This document shows, one piece after another, positions 13,745 to 29,249 of a stretch of DNA of 64,000 nt. Position 1 is the stretch's first letter. Every line of letters begins with the position of its first letter. The position numbers and the translations under genes are program-made. The notes below the pieces were generated by a model. The model searched no databases, had not been told where the DNA came from, and saw only the letters and a program-made list of their open reading frames with translations. Source of the stretch: Chrysomallon squamiferum (Eukaryota > Animalia > Mollusca); contig CM022667.1 in NCBI GenBank assembly GCA_012295275.1, forward strand, positions 7,564,001 to 7,628,000, given 5' to 3'.

Positions 13745-16700
13745 CCCGGGGTCTAGAAACACGTGGCAGTGAGACATCTTCCCGTCACGCCCTGCCCGCC
13801 CGATCTCCTGAACGTAACCCTCAAAACTTTTTGGCATGTTGTAGTGAATCACTGCACGAACATCAGCTTTGTCCAATCCCATCCCAAAGGCAACGGTTGC
13901 CACGACAATGCGAAGCTGACCAGACATGAAGTCCTTCTGGACCCGCTTTCTCTGAGCTGGACTCAGTCCAGCATGATAAACTTCTGCATTCAGACATTTT
14001 CTCTTGCGTCCTTTCTTTGCTTTGACTGGCTTTGAAACTTAAAACACGAAAATAAAAAATAAAACAAATTTACATATCTTGTATCATTATTTGAACGCGT
14101 CATAGTGTTTGAAAATAAGAAGTAGGCAGAATTAATAAATTCAATGACATGGTGGTCTGCAGTAGACTGATGTAACTTTACTAGGTGGAATTTTCGAAGA
14201 AATGAATAATTCAGTTACAGGGTTGCCCATACTAATCATGTAATATTTGTCTGTGACAGATAAACTGAGGTTCATTCCACTATGACATTTACTAGATTAG
14301 AGACATACTTACTAGGGACGCACAGATCTGCCTCTGGTCCCTGTAGACAAGTTCTAAGTAGTGTTGCTATGCGACTAGCTTCCTCTCTCCTGGTACAGTA
14401 GATAATTATAGAGTCACACTGAGAAAACCTATCTCCTTGTAGAAGATTTATTAGAGCCTACAAATAAACAAACAAACAAAACAAATAAAAAAAAAGACAA
14501 ATAAATAACAACCTCCATTAAAAATATTTATAAAGGCTTCATGGATATGTTTGACATTTGCATGATAGATGAAATGCATGATCACCTACACTGACCACAA
14601 AAAAAATGATATTTGTTTCTCAGTTACTCAGTAAATACTGGCAACAACAAGAAGAACGAAGACAAGAATCTGAGTTCAAACCTCATCTCTGTTTTCATCC
14701 TGTGACACAGATAAAATGAGGTTGCGAGGAACTGGTGATCCCCGAATTGTTGCCTTCTCAACATCCTCAATCCCAAGATGTCGACAGACGTCTAAGGCTG
14801 TAGCTTTGGTTGCTGTGGCCGTCAGTCCAAGAAAACATCTCACTCCATATCTTTCTCTCAGCACCTGAAGCAAACACATTCAAAAGACTGAGTGTAGGTA
14901 ATACTAAAACTGTTACTGTGCTAAGTAAAGAAATTAGTGAAGACATTTTGAATTTAATGTTTTCATCTAAATCTGTAAATATTCTCAGAGTATTATAACA
15001 CATCCTTGCTGTGGCTAAGAAAATATGAAATAATTAGTTATAGGAAACAAGTCAGTAAGTGTAGAGGATATGAAGTAAACCATGGTGTGCAGAAATAGGT
15101 TAGTGTTAGAAAACAAGCTGATTTTCTGTAGTCATCAAGTTTTTCATTCAATTAGTCTCTCATTTCCCCAATGTTTGATTTCACTTATTACTTTCCGGTT
15201 ATCATTTACACAGCAGACAAATCAATGTTGAAAAAAAAAGAAAAATGTAAGGTTATAATCACACAATCAATGAAATTTTCTAAAAATAGACAAAACTTAA
15301 ACTGATTTTATAAAAACTGAATATGACTATTCATCCTGTAGAGACCTTTTCAGCAAGATCTGAAAGTTTAAAATTTAAAGATACTTGAGTATGTGTATGT
15401 ATGTGTATATGCTTATATGTATGCATATGTGTGTGTATCATACATATGTGTTTGTGTGTGTGTGTGAATTAAAAATAAAGTATAAATTCAAAGATAAAAA
15501 TCATTTTATTGAAATTCATCACACTGTAATGTTTAAAAAAATTCACTTTTTTTAATTTTAAAAATATATCTCATAAAAGATGTTAATTAGATCTAATCTG
15601 TGTCACTCAAGTTTTCACCTGTTTGTACTCTCACTGCATGATATGTCGTCTGTAAATCACAGATTTTATCAGAACAGAAACAGATTTTATTTCAATACCA
15701 AACTCATTATCTCTCAGCAGTTTACAAACAAAATCAATCTTATAAGACAAAATATATTTAACAATAACTGAGTTCCAGAAAGAGTGGCTATTTAAATACA
15801 ATAATTCTCTGTACACTGAAAGAGTGTGACTATTTAAATACAATAATTCTCTGTACACTGAAAGAGTGTGACTATTTAAATACAATAATTCTCTGAACAC
15901 TGAAAGAGTGTGACTATTTAAATACAATAATTCTCTGAACACTGAAAGAGTGTGGCTATTTAAATACAATAATTCTCTGAACACTGAAAGAGTGTGACTA
16001 TTTAAATACAATAATTCTCTGTACACTGAAAGAGTGTGACTATTTAAATACAATAATTCTCTGTACACTGAAAGAGCTTGGCTATTTAAATACAATAATT
16101 CTCTGAACACTGAAAGAGCTTGGCTATTTAAATAATAGTCTGTATTGTTCATTTTTAATCCTTGGTAAAAAAACAACAACATTATTTCATAAACTGCAGT
16201 TCACTAACAAGACTGATGAGTGACAAGACTTGAGATCAATCCTCTTTACTGCTCCAGTCTGCCTCTTTCCTATTCTAATAGATCTCAGGATAACCAAGGA
16301 TAAAACTCATTTTACTACCAGTTTGAGAACAGCTGAAATGATTACTAATGCACTTTTAAAACAAAAATTAATAAAAATATATGAATATCAAGTATCAAGT
16401 AAAATTTTCTTTTCTTTAAATATATTCTTTCTTTTCACAAATATTTTATAAATGTTTTTTGGTGTTTATTTTATTTCAATTAATTTTATTTATTTATTTA
16501 TTAACAAATAAATAAATTGTATTATTTTAACCAAAAAAAAAAAAAAAATAATAATAATAATCTATATTTATATATATATATATGTGTTTTAAATAATAAT
16601 AATAATAATAAAAAATTCAACCCAATCCAGTTTTCATTAAGAAAAGTCAATCATTTCTTTATCTAGTTTTCATGAACTTAAAATAATTCCTTTCTTTTTA

Positions 16701-19700
16701 ACTTGCATCTGTATTAATGTGTGAATAATCTTTATGGATTTGTCACTTTGTACAATACATCTGGTATCTCACATTAACAATAATATCAGCCAATCATAGC
16801 TTTCAAATCAAACCCCAAACAGCCAGTCACAGCTGGCAAATGAAAACATGAAACATCCAATCAGAGATTGCAAATACAACACCAAACAACCAATCAAAAC
16901 ATGAAACATCCAATCAGAGATTGCAAATACAACACCAAACAACCAATCAAAACATGAAACATCCAATCGGATTTGTGTTTGATGAAAGAGAACACTGATA
17001 ATTAAGCTGTTATTACAAATATTCTTTCAAAAGTCCAGATTATTGATTTCATCTTGACTGACCCAGTTCAGTCAGTCAGCCTTTTTGGTCTTAATAATTT
17101 TATTTTTCATTTTTCACCTTTATACAACAAAATCATTGTTTGTTTCAGATTAACAGAAAAAATAATAAATAAATAAATAAATAAAATACAGAAATCATCT
17201 TTTATCCGTATCATTTTTCTTTTCTTTTCTCTACTTCACAATTTTTTTTATATCTAAAGTTAAATTATGTTAAAATTTATACAACATACACGTTTTTTTT
17301 TAAATTACAGATTTAGCATGTATGGGTTTTTATATTTATGTGTGTACAAGACTAACACATAATTAATCACTCACCTTACACAGTCTCAGGTAGGAAGGTC
17401 TGAAGTTGTGAGACCACTCAGACAAGCAGTGAGCTTCGTCAATACACACAAACGGAATTGGGGGTAACTTGTCAGGTGGGGGGAAGGAAGCACTCATCAT
17501 CCCCCCTCCTCCCACTACAGCCTCGGGGGAAACAAGCAGGAAGTGGACTGTCCCATCATTCAGTGCTGCAAAGACACCCTCTCTCTGAGACTTGGTCATG
17601 TTGGAATGTAGACACACACCTCGGATACCAGGGGGGAGTCCAGTTACCTGTCACAATTAAACAAATTTTAAAGATTTAAAATAAGTCACAGTTAAACAAG
17701 TTTTAAATATTTAAAATAAGTTACAATTAAACAAGTTTTAAATATTTAAAATCAGTCACAGTTAAACAAGTTTTAAATATTTAAAATCAGTCACAGTTAA
17801 ACAAGTTTTAAATATTTAAAATCAGTCAAATTAAACAAGTTTTAAATATTTAAAATCAGAATGACAAAATTAAAGCTTTTGAATTATCACAGAGTTGTTA
17901 AAATGGACTGATGGATGGATGTGTTTATGTACTGGTCAGTGTTTTTTGTTAAAATACAGCTGGAGAAAGATAATTAATTTTAAAAATTAGCTTTAATAAT
18001 AATTAAAACAATAATACAAAATAACTATATAAAAATACTGGATATACACATAAATTCAAGAAATTATTTAAATATGTCAAAATAAAAAAACAATCATTTA
18101 TTTTAACATAAACATTCAAGAAGTATAATAATTATTTAAGTAACTTTTTTTCATAATAAAATAGAATGTTTAGATATAAAGCCTACCTGATCTTCCATCA
18201 AGGACACAAGAGGGGAGACAACTATTGTCAAACACTTTGATCTTTTCCCATACAGATATGCAGGTAACTGATAACAAAGACTTTTACCACCCCCAGTAGA
18301 CAACACAACCAGCGTGGAGAGACCTGAAACAACAAAATTTAGTACAAAACAAATAATTATTTAAAAACCAAACACACACACACAAAAAAAAGTAACAAAA
18401 TTAAAATTTTAAAATGAAACAAAGAAAATATATTCAAAATAATATCAAAGAATAAAATTAAAATTAAAAAACAAAACAAAAATAACATTTAATTAAAAAT
18501 ATTAATGTGTAGTAAATATGAAACAAAAATGTAGTACAAAATAAAACTTTATTAAATTAAATTAGAAAATGGTAAAACAAAATATACACGAAAATTAAAA
18601 CATATTTTAAAAAAAGCAACAAAACAAAGTACATTTTAAAAAAATAGAAGGAAATAAATTAAATATATGATAAAATAAAAAATATGATTTAATTTAACTA
18701 AATATAATAAAAATAAAATTGCAAATATAACAAAATGACATTATATCTATACAATTCTGCAAAAACATAAAAAGAAAAAGTTTAAAAATTAAAATGAACA
18801 AAATACTGTTTAAGACAAAAATAAAATTAAAAGCAAACAAAGAAGAAGCTAGTAAATATTAGTGCTTTGTGTTATAAAATTAAGTAATTAAAAGAACACG
18901 AAATAGTTTAAAACAAAAAGAAAATTAAAAGAAAAAAAAGAGGCTAGTGAATATTACAGCTTTGTGTTATAAGTTTAAAAATTAAAATAACTTGAAATTC
19001 TGTTTAAGACAAAAATAAAATTAAAAGCAAACAAAGAAGAGGCTAGTGGATAGTAGTGCTTTGTGTTATAAGTTTAAAAATGAGACACTCACCAGCCAGA
19101 ATACGTCTCACTGTCTGTTCTTGGCCTGGTCGAAAGTCATCAAAACCAAACATCTTCAGACCCTCGTAGACTTCTGACACATTTTCTGAAAATACACACT
19201 ATTTAGTTTTATCACTTTTAAAACAAAACCAGTTTTAAGAATGAAAAATATCTAACAATCAATGTTTTTCCTGTGATGTGATGGTAAACATTTTTTCATT
19301 TACTAAAGAAAACACATACACACAAAAATAATTATAATAATAAGTCTTTTTTCTTTTTCATTTTATGATTTCATTAAATAAATAAGTGTTAATAATTAAT
19401 AATAATAGTTTTCGAAAAATAAAAAATTATAATTTAAGTCTTTGACATATTCAGAAATAATCAAGTGCTTAAATTTACATTCTCCAGTTAAAATACAATT
19501 CATAAAGTAACAGTGACAAATATTAACAATAATGATTAAAAAATTACTTTACAACATAAATAACTACAACAATAATAAAAAAATAAAAAATTGATTTTGC
19601 AACAAAAATAATGAAAAAACACACACACAAAATCTCTTCATTATAATATAAATAGTAACCATAACAAAACAACAAATAAATGATACAACATAAATAAAAA

Positions 19701-22700
19701 CAATGACAAAACAATTTTTACTTTACAGGGACAAGACAGTACATACCTGGTATTTCACCTTGTGCTGTCAGAGATAAATATGGCGGTATGCTGGGAGGTG
19801 TTGTCACCTGTTCTCTGCGTGATCTCACTATAGACATCTCTACCTTCATCATCTCATCATCATCTACGTCCATAGCATCATCATCTGAAAAATATATATG
19901 ATTTTTAGATAAATTTCTATATTTTTGGAAACTGACCATATGTAGAGTTCTTTTAGGATGGAACTGTATTTACTTTAAGAAATTATAGAAACATTAAAAA
20001 ATAAATACATAATAAAATATTAAAATTTATATGACTTAATGATAAAAAAAGAGAGTAAAATAACTAAAAATAATCTATAGAACAAAATTAACCCCCAAAA
20101 ATAATAATATATATTATTACCCACAAAAAATTATAAAAAATGAAAAACACAAAATAAAATTTTAAAAACTTTAACAAATAAAAATATAAAAGAAAAATAC
20201 AATCAGTCAAAGAAAATAAAGATTTAAAAAGTAAAATGACAATACAAGAAAAAGGTGATATCATTTAAAATAAACTTATAAACTACAATACTTTTAAAAA
20301 AAGAAAATAAATAAAAATTTCGTAAACAACTGTATCATTTCAAATTAAAAATAATAAACATTTAAATTAAAAAGTATAACATTTAAAATATAAATGAATA
20401 TAAAATTGTAAAAATAAATAATACATTACTAAAATAAAACAAAATGAGTAAAAAAGAAGTAAAATAACATTGATAAAAATAACAACAAAATAAATAATTA
20501 TAATAAATCCAAAATAAAAATAAAATAAATAAAATTAATTGAAAATATGACAGAGTGAAATAAATATATTTTATGAAAAAATTATGATATTATAAAATTA
20601 ACACAACGATTTCTTTCATTTTTCTAACATGTTTCTTGAATTATTAAGAGAAAAATAATAAGAGAACAAGAAAAGAAATGAAAAAAGTGATATTAAAAAC
20701 AAGAAACTATGTTCTGCTGGTAAAAAATTTAAATATAAAGATTAAAAGATAAATAATAAACCAAAAAAAAATGAAGTAATATTAACTGAAATAAAAATAA
20801 ATTTGAAATTACTGTAAAAAAAATAATAAATAAATAAAATAAATTTAAAAATTTAAAATGCAAAACAATAAATACAAATTAAAATATAAACAATAAAATT
20901 TAAAAAATAGAAAAGATTAGTTACAATAAAATAAGTTTACAAACAACAGAAAAAAAATAATGGTTATAAAAGTAGAAGAATAACAGTCAATTAAAATAAG
21001 TTTAAAAATTAAATTACAATTTAAAAAAATAAAATGAAAAAATATGTTAAAATAATGATAATAATAAATTAAAAAAAATTAAAACACTATTATGTAACCA
21101 AATTATAGATATTAAAAAATCCTCATTTAATATAAACGCAGATATAAATAAAAGTTTTAAAAAATGAAATGAAAAAAATTAATTTAAATAAATTAAAAAA
21201 CTGAAATATCAGTTAAAAAAAATAATAATAAAGTAATAAAACTGGAAAACAAAAAATAAAATACCACCTAATAAAATAAAAATCAGTTAATAAAATATAT
21301 ATATAAGGAAATTTTAAAAATATTTATTAAAACAGAAATATGAATAAATGGAACAATAAAAACATATTAGGATCAAACTGAAAAATAAATTTTATTTAAA
21401 AAAAAATAAATAAATAAAATAATAAAAGGTTTAATATATAAAATTATAAATTAACATATGAATTTAAATATAAATGAACTTTATTAAAATGAAATAAAAA
21501 ATAAAGTAATATAAGAATAAAAAATTTACAAAACCAGAAATAAATAAAAATTCAGTTCACTAAAGTGTAAATAAGAAAAAGTAAAATATATATAAAAAAA
21601 AAAATTAGAATAAAATTTAGAAAAATAAAAATTACCATAAAACAATTATAAGATATTAAAAAAAAAATGATTTAAAAAGAAATAATGATAATAAAATAAA
21701 AATGAAATATAAAACAAACTTAAAAAATAATATTAAAAATTAAATTAAAAATAAAATAAATACCATTTAAACAAAAAATAAATATATTATTAAAACGTTA
21801 CATAAAATAAGTAGTCATTTTAAGCACATTGAGAATAAAACTAAAGATGATGTAGTAAAATTAATACATTTGTTTCTTACATTTTTCTATGACTGAAATA
21901 TTTAAAAAACAAAGTGACATAAAAATGAATTAAAAACCTTTGTTATGTTTTGCTGGTTCAGTAATTCCTTGACTCATTCCTGCAGCCTCTAGAATAGTTG
22001 GGAAGTTGTTTTCTTCAACAGGTTCTGACCTTTTGAAGCCTTTTCCTTTCTTTTCTAAATAAACAATAATTTTTATTTATTTACAAGTTTTAATGTGCTA
22101 CCTTAGAATCACATTAGTTCAAGCCAAATAATAATTTATCATGTAAAAAATGAATTTGTTACAAACAACTTTTTATTTTGTTTTAAACACTGAGTTTGAT
22201 ATTTGTTTTAACAAAACCTCAACACATTGATATCAAGATTGTGTGTATGTGTGTATGTGTGTGTGTGTATACACACAAATTTTAATGACTGAAATTTGAA
22301 TACTATTTTTAATATTTTTAATATTCACTTTTTTTTTTTCTTTTCTTTTTTCCATGCAGTTCTCTACAACAGAGCACTTTTATAAGCCAACAACAGAGCA
22401 GTGATTGGAACAGAAAAAAACCATAATGGTCACATGAAGATAAAATGTTCATCAGAACTCAGTTCATGTGAAATTGAGCTTGAGTCTGAGAAAATTCTTC
22501 TTTTTTTTTTTAAACTGATCTTCTAACTTGCTACAAGAAAACTATTTTCAGCCAGAACACTCAACTCTCTACACTTTATCTAATTTTAACTACTAGAAAC
22601 CTGTTCAGTGTATTGACCAATGGCCTATATCTACTTCTAACTAATACAAATTTACCTGGACAGTTTTTTGACCAGTGGCCTTCCTTATTACACAGAAAAC

Positions 22701-25700
22701 ACTTGTCACCATAGCTTTTGCTGCGAGCCTTCATTTTCTCCTTCCACTGCTTCCTCTTGTACTGGGGACCCGACATATGTTGTCCTCCTTTTCTGACATA
22801 TCTCTTTACTTTCATGTTCAATCTCACAAAATTATCTCCAGATTTTTTTGGTGCAGCTCTTTTACTAAAAAAAAGAAAAGAAAAGTAATCAAGATACTAA
22901 TGTATCAATAATTTTCTTTAACATTTTTCCTCACTCTTTGAAATACTGTAAGTAAAATGTTGTGAGAGCTGAGTATCTTGAATAAATATTCTTCCATTAA
23001 TACAGTTTTGAGATATGTAACCCCACTATATGTATGTGTTTGTGTAACATACAAACATACATCTGTGTATACATATACCTTACATGCTTTTATATTCTAC
23101 AACTATTTACATTGAATAAATGTTTGGCTACATGAAAAGTAGAAACTGATTAATTTTAAATATATGGTGTTAATATATTTCTGTGTAATGAGAGTTAGTG
23201 ATGATAAAATGATGATAAAACATAACATCAACTGACCTTGGAGCAGACGTCACTGACCTTGACCTGTGACTTGTAATCGCAGTTTCAAGTTCAACATCAT
23301 CATTCTGAAAAACAGAAAAGAAAATTTATAATTTTATTATTTTTACAATTATTTAATTTGAAAATGTATGTTAATGTTTTAGTAACAGTATTTATTTTTT
23401 AATTAACTGTTAAAAAAATGATTTTAAAATAATTTTGATATTAAATGATATTTTGATATATAAAGAAATTTTAAAATAGCTCTTGAAAAAGACAAGTAAT
23501 ATTATTTAGAGAAAAAAGTAAAAAGTATTTAAATTGATGTTAAACTAATATTAGTAAAAGTAAAAATATATTTTTCACATCTACATAGTTCTTACTTTAT
23601 TATTAGAAAACACTAATGTTAAGTAATCATTTAAAAATGCCATTTGTTTGCACAACTACATAATATTATATTAACTTTAAAAATCAGTAATGTTTGAAAA
23701 AAATCAAATAAAATCATCTCCTGGATTTCAAAAAAAATTCAAACTTTTAGTTTATAACACGTCTACTCATGTTTACTTAATTCAGTATTACTTACTTTGT
23801 TGGAATCTTTCTTTATTCGTTTACTGGCTGAAGCTGATTTCGCAGCAGGTTTTCTCTTTCGAGTTAACTGTTTTTTCTTCATTGCCTCCTTCTCATCTTC
23901 TGATTCACTCTCACCAATATTTGATTCACCACAATGCATGTCAGAAATCTCAGTTTTTAATTTTCTTTTAGACTCACATGTTCTGTTTTGAATTTGTTCC
24001 AATTTATCACATGTACTACTTTCTCTACTGCTACTTTGTTTTTTGCCTATTAAAAGTGTTTCATTTTCATGTTTCTGCTTTGTCAGTCTTGTAGATCGTA
24101 GTTCAGGATTAGATTTATTGCCTGGAAACTGTGTTTTCTCTCTCTGAGCTGAACTATCAGTTAAGTCAGTTACATTTGTTTCTGCACAGAATTCAGAATT
24201 TTCCGCTTGGAAAGGCTCTTCGAGATGTAGGTCACTTTCAAATGACTCCTCTGATTTGAAAGGTCGACTAGTAAAATTAAAGTGAGGTTTTGAACCTAGC
24301 TGAAACTGTTTTGGAATAAATACATCATCATTTGTAGACTCCAGTGTGTCACTGTGTTTTTGTTTTGACTTCCTGTCATATACTGATGATATCTTACAGG
24401 TAGATTTAAACACATCTTTGTTTTCTAGTGTTTGTTTTGACTTCCTATCAAATAGTGAGGATTTGTTATGTGTAGAATTAAATATATCTTCATCATTATA
24501 TTCCAGCATTTGTTTTGTTTTTATATCAAATGTTGATGATATGTTGAAGATGGATTTATCCTTAGATTCTTTATTTGAAATATCTAAGGAAGATGGTGCA
24601 TCAAAATCCTTTCTTTTGTCAGATAAATGTAATAGTTGTTGGGATTGGTTAGATTCAGACTTGGTGACAGTTGTAATATCAGTCACAATTGGCTGAAAGT
24701 CATCACAGTTATTAACATCACCTGAACAGATATTAAAATCACTACATTCTATTTTTGCTTTGTCACAACCTTCTTGTTCAGAGTTGGACCACTTCTGTCT
24801 TCTGCTTTTAAAATATCTAACCTAAAGAAAAAACAAACTCAACTTAATACTATGAATGTATTGCAGTGATCTCCCAGCATTTGTGAAAGGGATGGAGGGA
24901 ATGGGTGTAACTGGTGCTGCTTAAACAGGATGGTACAGGAAGTTTTCAGGGTACAAGTACTTTGAACAATGTTCAAACTACTTGGTTGTCAAAAATACTC
25001 CCATAAATAACTGCATCAAATGCATTAACTATTAACAAGTTTATTTTATTTACATGAATGCATTTATACACAATAATATACATAAACATATATCTATATT
25101 ATTTTGTAACCTCCTGTATATATTGTACATATTTACAGGTGTGAGTGTGTGTGTGTGTGTTGTGTGAAATTGCCATACAGTGTGATAATGAATATTTATG
25201 AAAATGTGACTTTAAGCAGGCGATGTACTGTTAATAATAATTATTTTTATACTGTGCAGATCAGCGTATAGTGGTTTTCAAATGAAAAAGATAATATTTT
25301 TAAAAGTTATTTATGTACCTAGGATAACAAAATTACTGTATATTTGCATGTTAAAAATGTTGTAGTGATCAATGAAATCCATACACAATAATTTAGCCAT
25401 GCAGTGTCTGCTACAGTGACCTTGATTACACAGACATCAAGAGTAGCAGCAAATTTCAGAAATCGGATTGTCTGCCTTCGAAATGCCAGAGGGGTTAATT
25501 TGTAAATATGACAGTCACCACTTGCATTACATCTATTTTGTTTAGGGACAAGACATGTGAACTGCTGACCCTAAAAGTGCAAAACAATGTCATAACTGCC
25601 AGTCTAAATAAATGGGTGGCAGATACTGCTGCCATTGCAGTATGTAGCGAGATCTCTGTCATGGTTATTATATAGATTAGCATCAGTCACGCTCTAAAAT

Positions 25701-28487
25701 AATTAAATTAATTAGTAAAGTAATTATTTTGCTTGCAAAACCAAAACTGGTACCGTATCAACACAATAATGACTTTAGGTATACTGTCAAAATACTGTTT
25801 TTATTCAGAATGTTTTCATTTATTAAAGTAACTAATTTATTTTAATGGATAAAATTCTCTAGTTGTAAGGTGGTGTGTCTTCTGTGATATGGTGATTAGA
25901 GAAATAAACAGATTTGTTAACTTATCTTGAGTGTTATATTTTGTGTATCACAACACAATAGAGATATGTACAGTTCAATATATCAGAAAATATAATTTAC
26001 CCCAATAAATTTGTTTGTAATGTTTCAATGTCCTTTTTCTAAACATGTTAATTTGCAAGACAAATTATTATAGTTGTAGTTTATGAAACGAAAAAGTTTT
26101 AAAACTTCAACCAGTAAATTAATGTTATAAAAATGGACTAACCATCTGTTAATTAAAAATTATATATATATATTTTTTTAACACAAAATTTATTTTGATT
26201 AAACTTACTTTTCCAAACACTGAAAGTTTCTGTTCATTTTTAAACAGTTTTTGCCCCAGTTTGTCAAGGAGTGCTGAAGACGTGGCTTCTTTTTCTTTTC
26301 CACTTTTATCTGATTTCTTTGCTGTTTCTCTCTTGACAACTGGACCCCATATTTCCTCGGGTGTTAAATGAAATGACTGGGAATCTTCTTCACTGTCATT
26401 CACACTGTTGATGTCCGATGATTCAGATTTGTCTTGTATAGGTGATAACTTGTTGCTACTGGTTGCTATGGCTGTGGACACATCTGACCAATTCCATGAT
26501 TTTAAACTGTTTTCTTTATTAATGATTTCATCTTTATTTAAATGACAACTGCTTTTGCTTTTATCCTGGACATTAACACCCTGAAAAAGAGTTATCTCTT
26601 TACAAAATAAAAATACAATGCAGCACTGCTTTATTTTTTTGTGTTTTTGTTTCATTATTTCTTTTATTTAATTAATTTATTTATTTTAAATATTCTTTCA
26701 TTAGAAGTATTTAATATTAATATATTAATATATTTAAAAAATTTAAAATTCTAAACCATTCTAAAAGTTCACATGATATTAGCATTCTGTTTTTAATTGG
26801 AAGACAAAAGAATAAACTAACAAATTATAGGATTTAATCTTTTATTACATTTAGAGAAAAAAGAAATATTCAACTTAAATTCTGTCACTGGCAGATATGA
26901 CTGTTACAACAGAAATAATTCACCATTTAAAAACTGAACAGGAAAAAAAAAAATTATCACCAATTTAGAAAAGCTACATTATACTGAAGTAATAAGTATG
27001 TTTAGAAAAAAAAAAATAAAACAAAAAACTGTTTTGATAAATTACTTACTAAGAACATGTTTTACAAACCTCTGTTGTTTTCTTGTGTTTCAGTTTGCTG
27101 TACTGTGCATATAGCTCTGAAATTTTTTAAATTAAATTGTATAAATTAAAATGAGAAGTATTACTGTGTAGTCTTCCAAATATTTCTAATTCCAGGAATA
27201 AAATTAACAGTTTCAAATATTCCTCATTGACTGAGTATACCTACTGTTCCAAAGACTGAGTTGCACAGATTCAATGACTGATTGGTATTTATTACTATTA
27301 TTATTCTTGTTTGTGAGTGTACAGACTAATTTGAACAGATCAGACTAAACATTTTATATGCATATATATAAATTAATAAATAAGACAAAGAAAAAAGAAA
27401 ATATCTGAATTTTTAGTTTTTTTCCATTTAGCCTTCTCTAATATTTTAACAACAGTAATAACATAAAACATTAAGAAAGATTTATAAAAATAAAACAAAA
27501 TAAAACATGACAGTAAATTTATTTAATTTACAGTGAAAACTAAAAGTAAATAAATAATTTATATTTAACCAAAACTATTCCTGATGAGTTTGTGAAAATT
27601 AAGAAAAAGAAAATACAATGGTACCTTGACTTACGAGTGCACTGACTTATGATTTTTCAGGCAGTCGCCAGGTTAATTTGGCTAGGCAGCACACAAAGGC
27701 TAAAGGCTATAATAACTCCTGCTAAAGGCATTAATAATTTCATAGCTGCACATCTCTGTTCATGAAAAGATGGAGAAGCCCTAACCCTGTATACTTTACA
27801 AAACCAAATTTATTTCTTTACTCTTTTGTTTTGTTTTTATACAATACTTGTCATATAAGTATACATTTTTCTTATTTAAAAACATGTTACAAAAACTTGG
27901 GGTGGTTTTTGTGGGGTTAATGGTATTTCAATTATTTTCAGTTGGGAAAACTGATTTTATAAGAGCAAATTCAGTTACAAGCTCGGCCATGGAACGAATT
28001 AAACTTGTAAGTCAAGGTACCACTGCATATAAAATTACCTTTGATGTTCCCAGCTGCAGAATCAATGTCAGCCTTTACCAAAAAATAAAATTAAAAATTA
28101 AAATAAAATATATAAATATGATAATAATATCCTGCTCTATCATTAGTAGGTTTTTATTTTATTTCATTTTATTTTAATTATTTTAAATAGAGACATAAAT
28201 GTGTCAAAGTAAAAATTTAAAATATTCCTGTGTTACCAGGAAGTGCATACATCATTACATTATCTATTTATTTATTTTTATTTTTATTTTTTTACCTGTT
28301 TCAGTTTCAAATATATATATATAAAATTTTAAGTTTAATAAAAAAATACTTTTGTGCAAAGTTTTAATTATTTATCTTCTTTTAAATTACAATTTTTCTT
28401 TACCATATTTGGCTTTCTCGATTGTTCTGCATAAAATGCAGATTCCCATTTTTTCAGCTGTTTCTTCAAGTCCACTATTTCTGACAT
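13745..28487 (-). CDS. RECQL4: ATP-dependent DNA helicase Q4 (RECQL4), 5' 15 coding exons; C-terminal exons not found in window
   Basis: GT-AG exons on the minus strand: 28487-28404 ([18 protein letters not shown], Sld2-like N-terminus), 28072-28039, 27116-27070, 26580-26209, 24821-23796, 23304-23237, 22864-22656 (DNFVRLNMK plus Zn knuckle [14 protein letters not shown]), 22054-21938, 19884-19747, 19185-19093 ([10 protein letters not shown]), 18323-18187 ([13 protein letters not shown], motif I), 17647-17375 ([19 protein letters not shown]), 14864-14682 (GLTATA), 14457-14313, 14037-13745 ([28 protein letters not shown]). Intron phases join in frame. Confidence 0.93.
15778..16133. repeat. 42-bp intronic minisatellite, ~8 copies
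   Basis: Unit GAAAGAGTGTGACTATTTAAATACAATAATTCTCTGTACACT; accounts for the spurious 14-aa-repeat ORF 15631..16182. Confidence 0.93.
16843..16968. repeat. 53-bp tandem repeat (~2.4 copies) rich in CCAATC motifs
   Basis: CATGAAACATCCAATC recurs at 16847, 16900, 16953. Confidence 0.8.
17650..17858. repeat. ~35-bp tandem repeat, ~6 copies, abutting a RECQL4 acceptor
   Basis: Unit GTCACAGTTAAACAAGTTTTAAATATTTAAAATCA directly beside exon 17647-17375. Confidence 0.85.
27616..28025. mobile_element. Non-autonomous Tc1/mariner-superfamily (Tigger/pogo-like) element, ~410 bp, in a RECQL4 intron
   Basis: Terminal inverted repeats CAATGGTACCTTGACTTACGAGT (27616-27638) and ACTTGTAAGTCAAGGTACCACTG (28003-28025); TA on the left flank, CA on the right; no ORF. 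Confidence 0.75.
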
Positions 28488-28872
28488 TTTCAGACTTACC
28501 TGCAAAAATTGCAACATGATACATCTATATAAAAATTGAAACACAGTTTTAAAACATTTTAGTACTATGTCAGAAAGTGATTAAAAAGATGAAAAAATAA
28601 TAATAATGTTAATATTGGGAATATTATTTGTGAACAGTACTTTTCAGCATTATAACTTGCACTATCACATCAATCCACATGCTACTTTTTACATTTACAA
28701 GCTATATAGTTATCAAATGATGAAAGCGAGGCTAAAGATATTAGTGGTTTACTTAGTAACTAAACATAGTCTGTTATTAACAATGCAAACGCTATGTTCT
28801 TAGAAAAATACTCTACCATTTAAATCTGAACTCTAAATTTACTTAATGTGTAAAAAGAAAACATTTTCATAC

Positions 28873-29037
28873 CGTCTGTTTTTAATGACACGATCTCTCT
28901 TATCAGTTAAACTTTACTTCCTCTTGACACCATTTCCCGCGTTTATTTGTAATAGCCAATGAACGTTTTCCTTAAAAAAAAAATAATAATAATAATAAAA
29001 ATATAATAAAAATAATTAAAATACCATATTGATGGTA

Positions 29038-29073
<36 letters not shown>

Positions 29074-29157
29074 TTTTTTTTTTGTTATGAATGTGCGTGT
29101 ATGTGTTAAATATAGAAAATAATTTAAGACAATCGCAAATAGTAAATGTTCTGAAAC

Positions 29158-29249
<92 letters not shown>

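Noticed and set aside
15631-16182. 183-aa ORF resembling a leucine-rich repeat ([12 protein letters not shown])
   Set aside because: It is a 42-bp DNA minisatellite in a RECQL4 intron; the flanking helicase exons join in frame without it.
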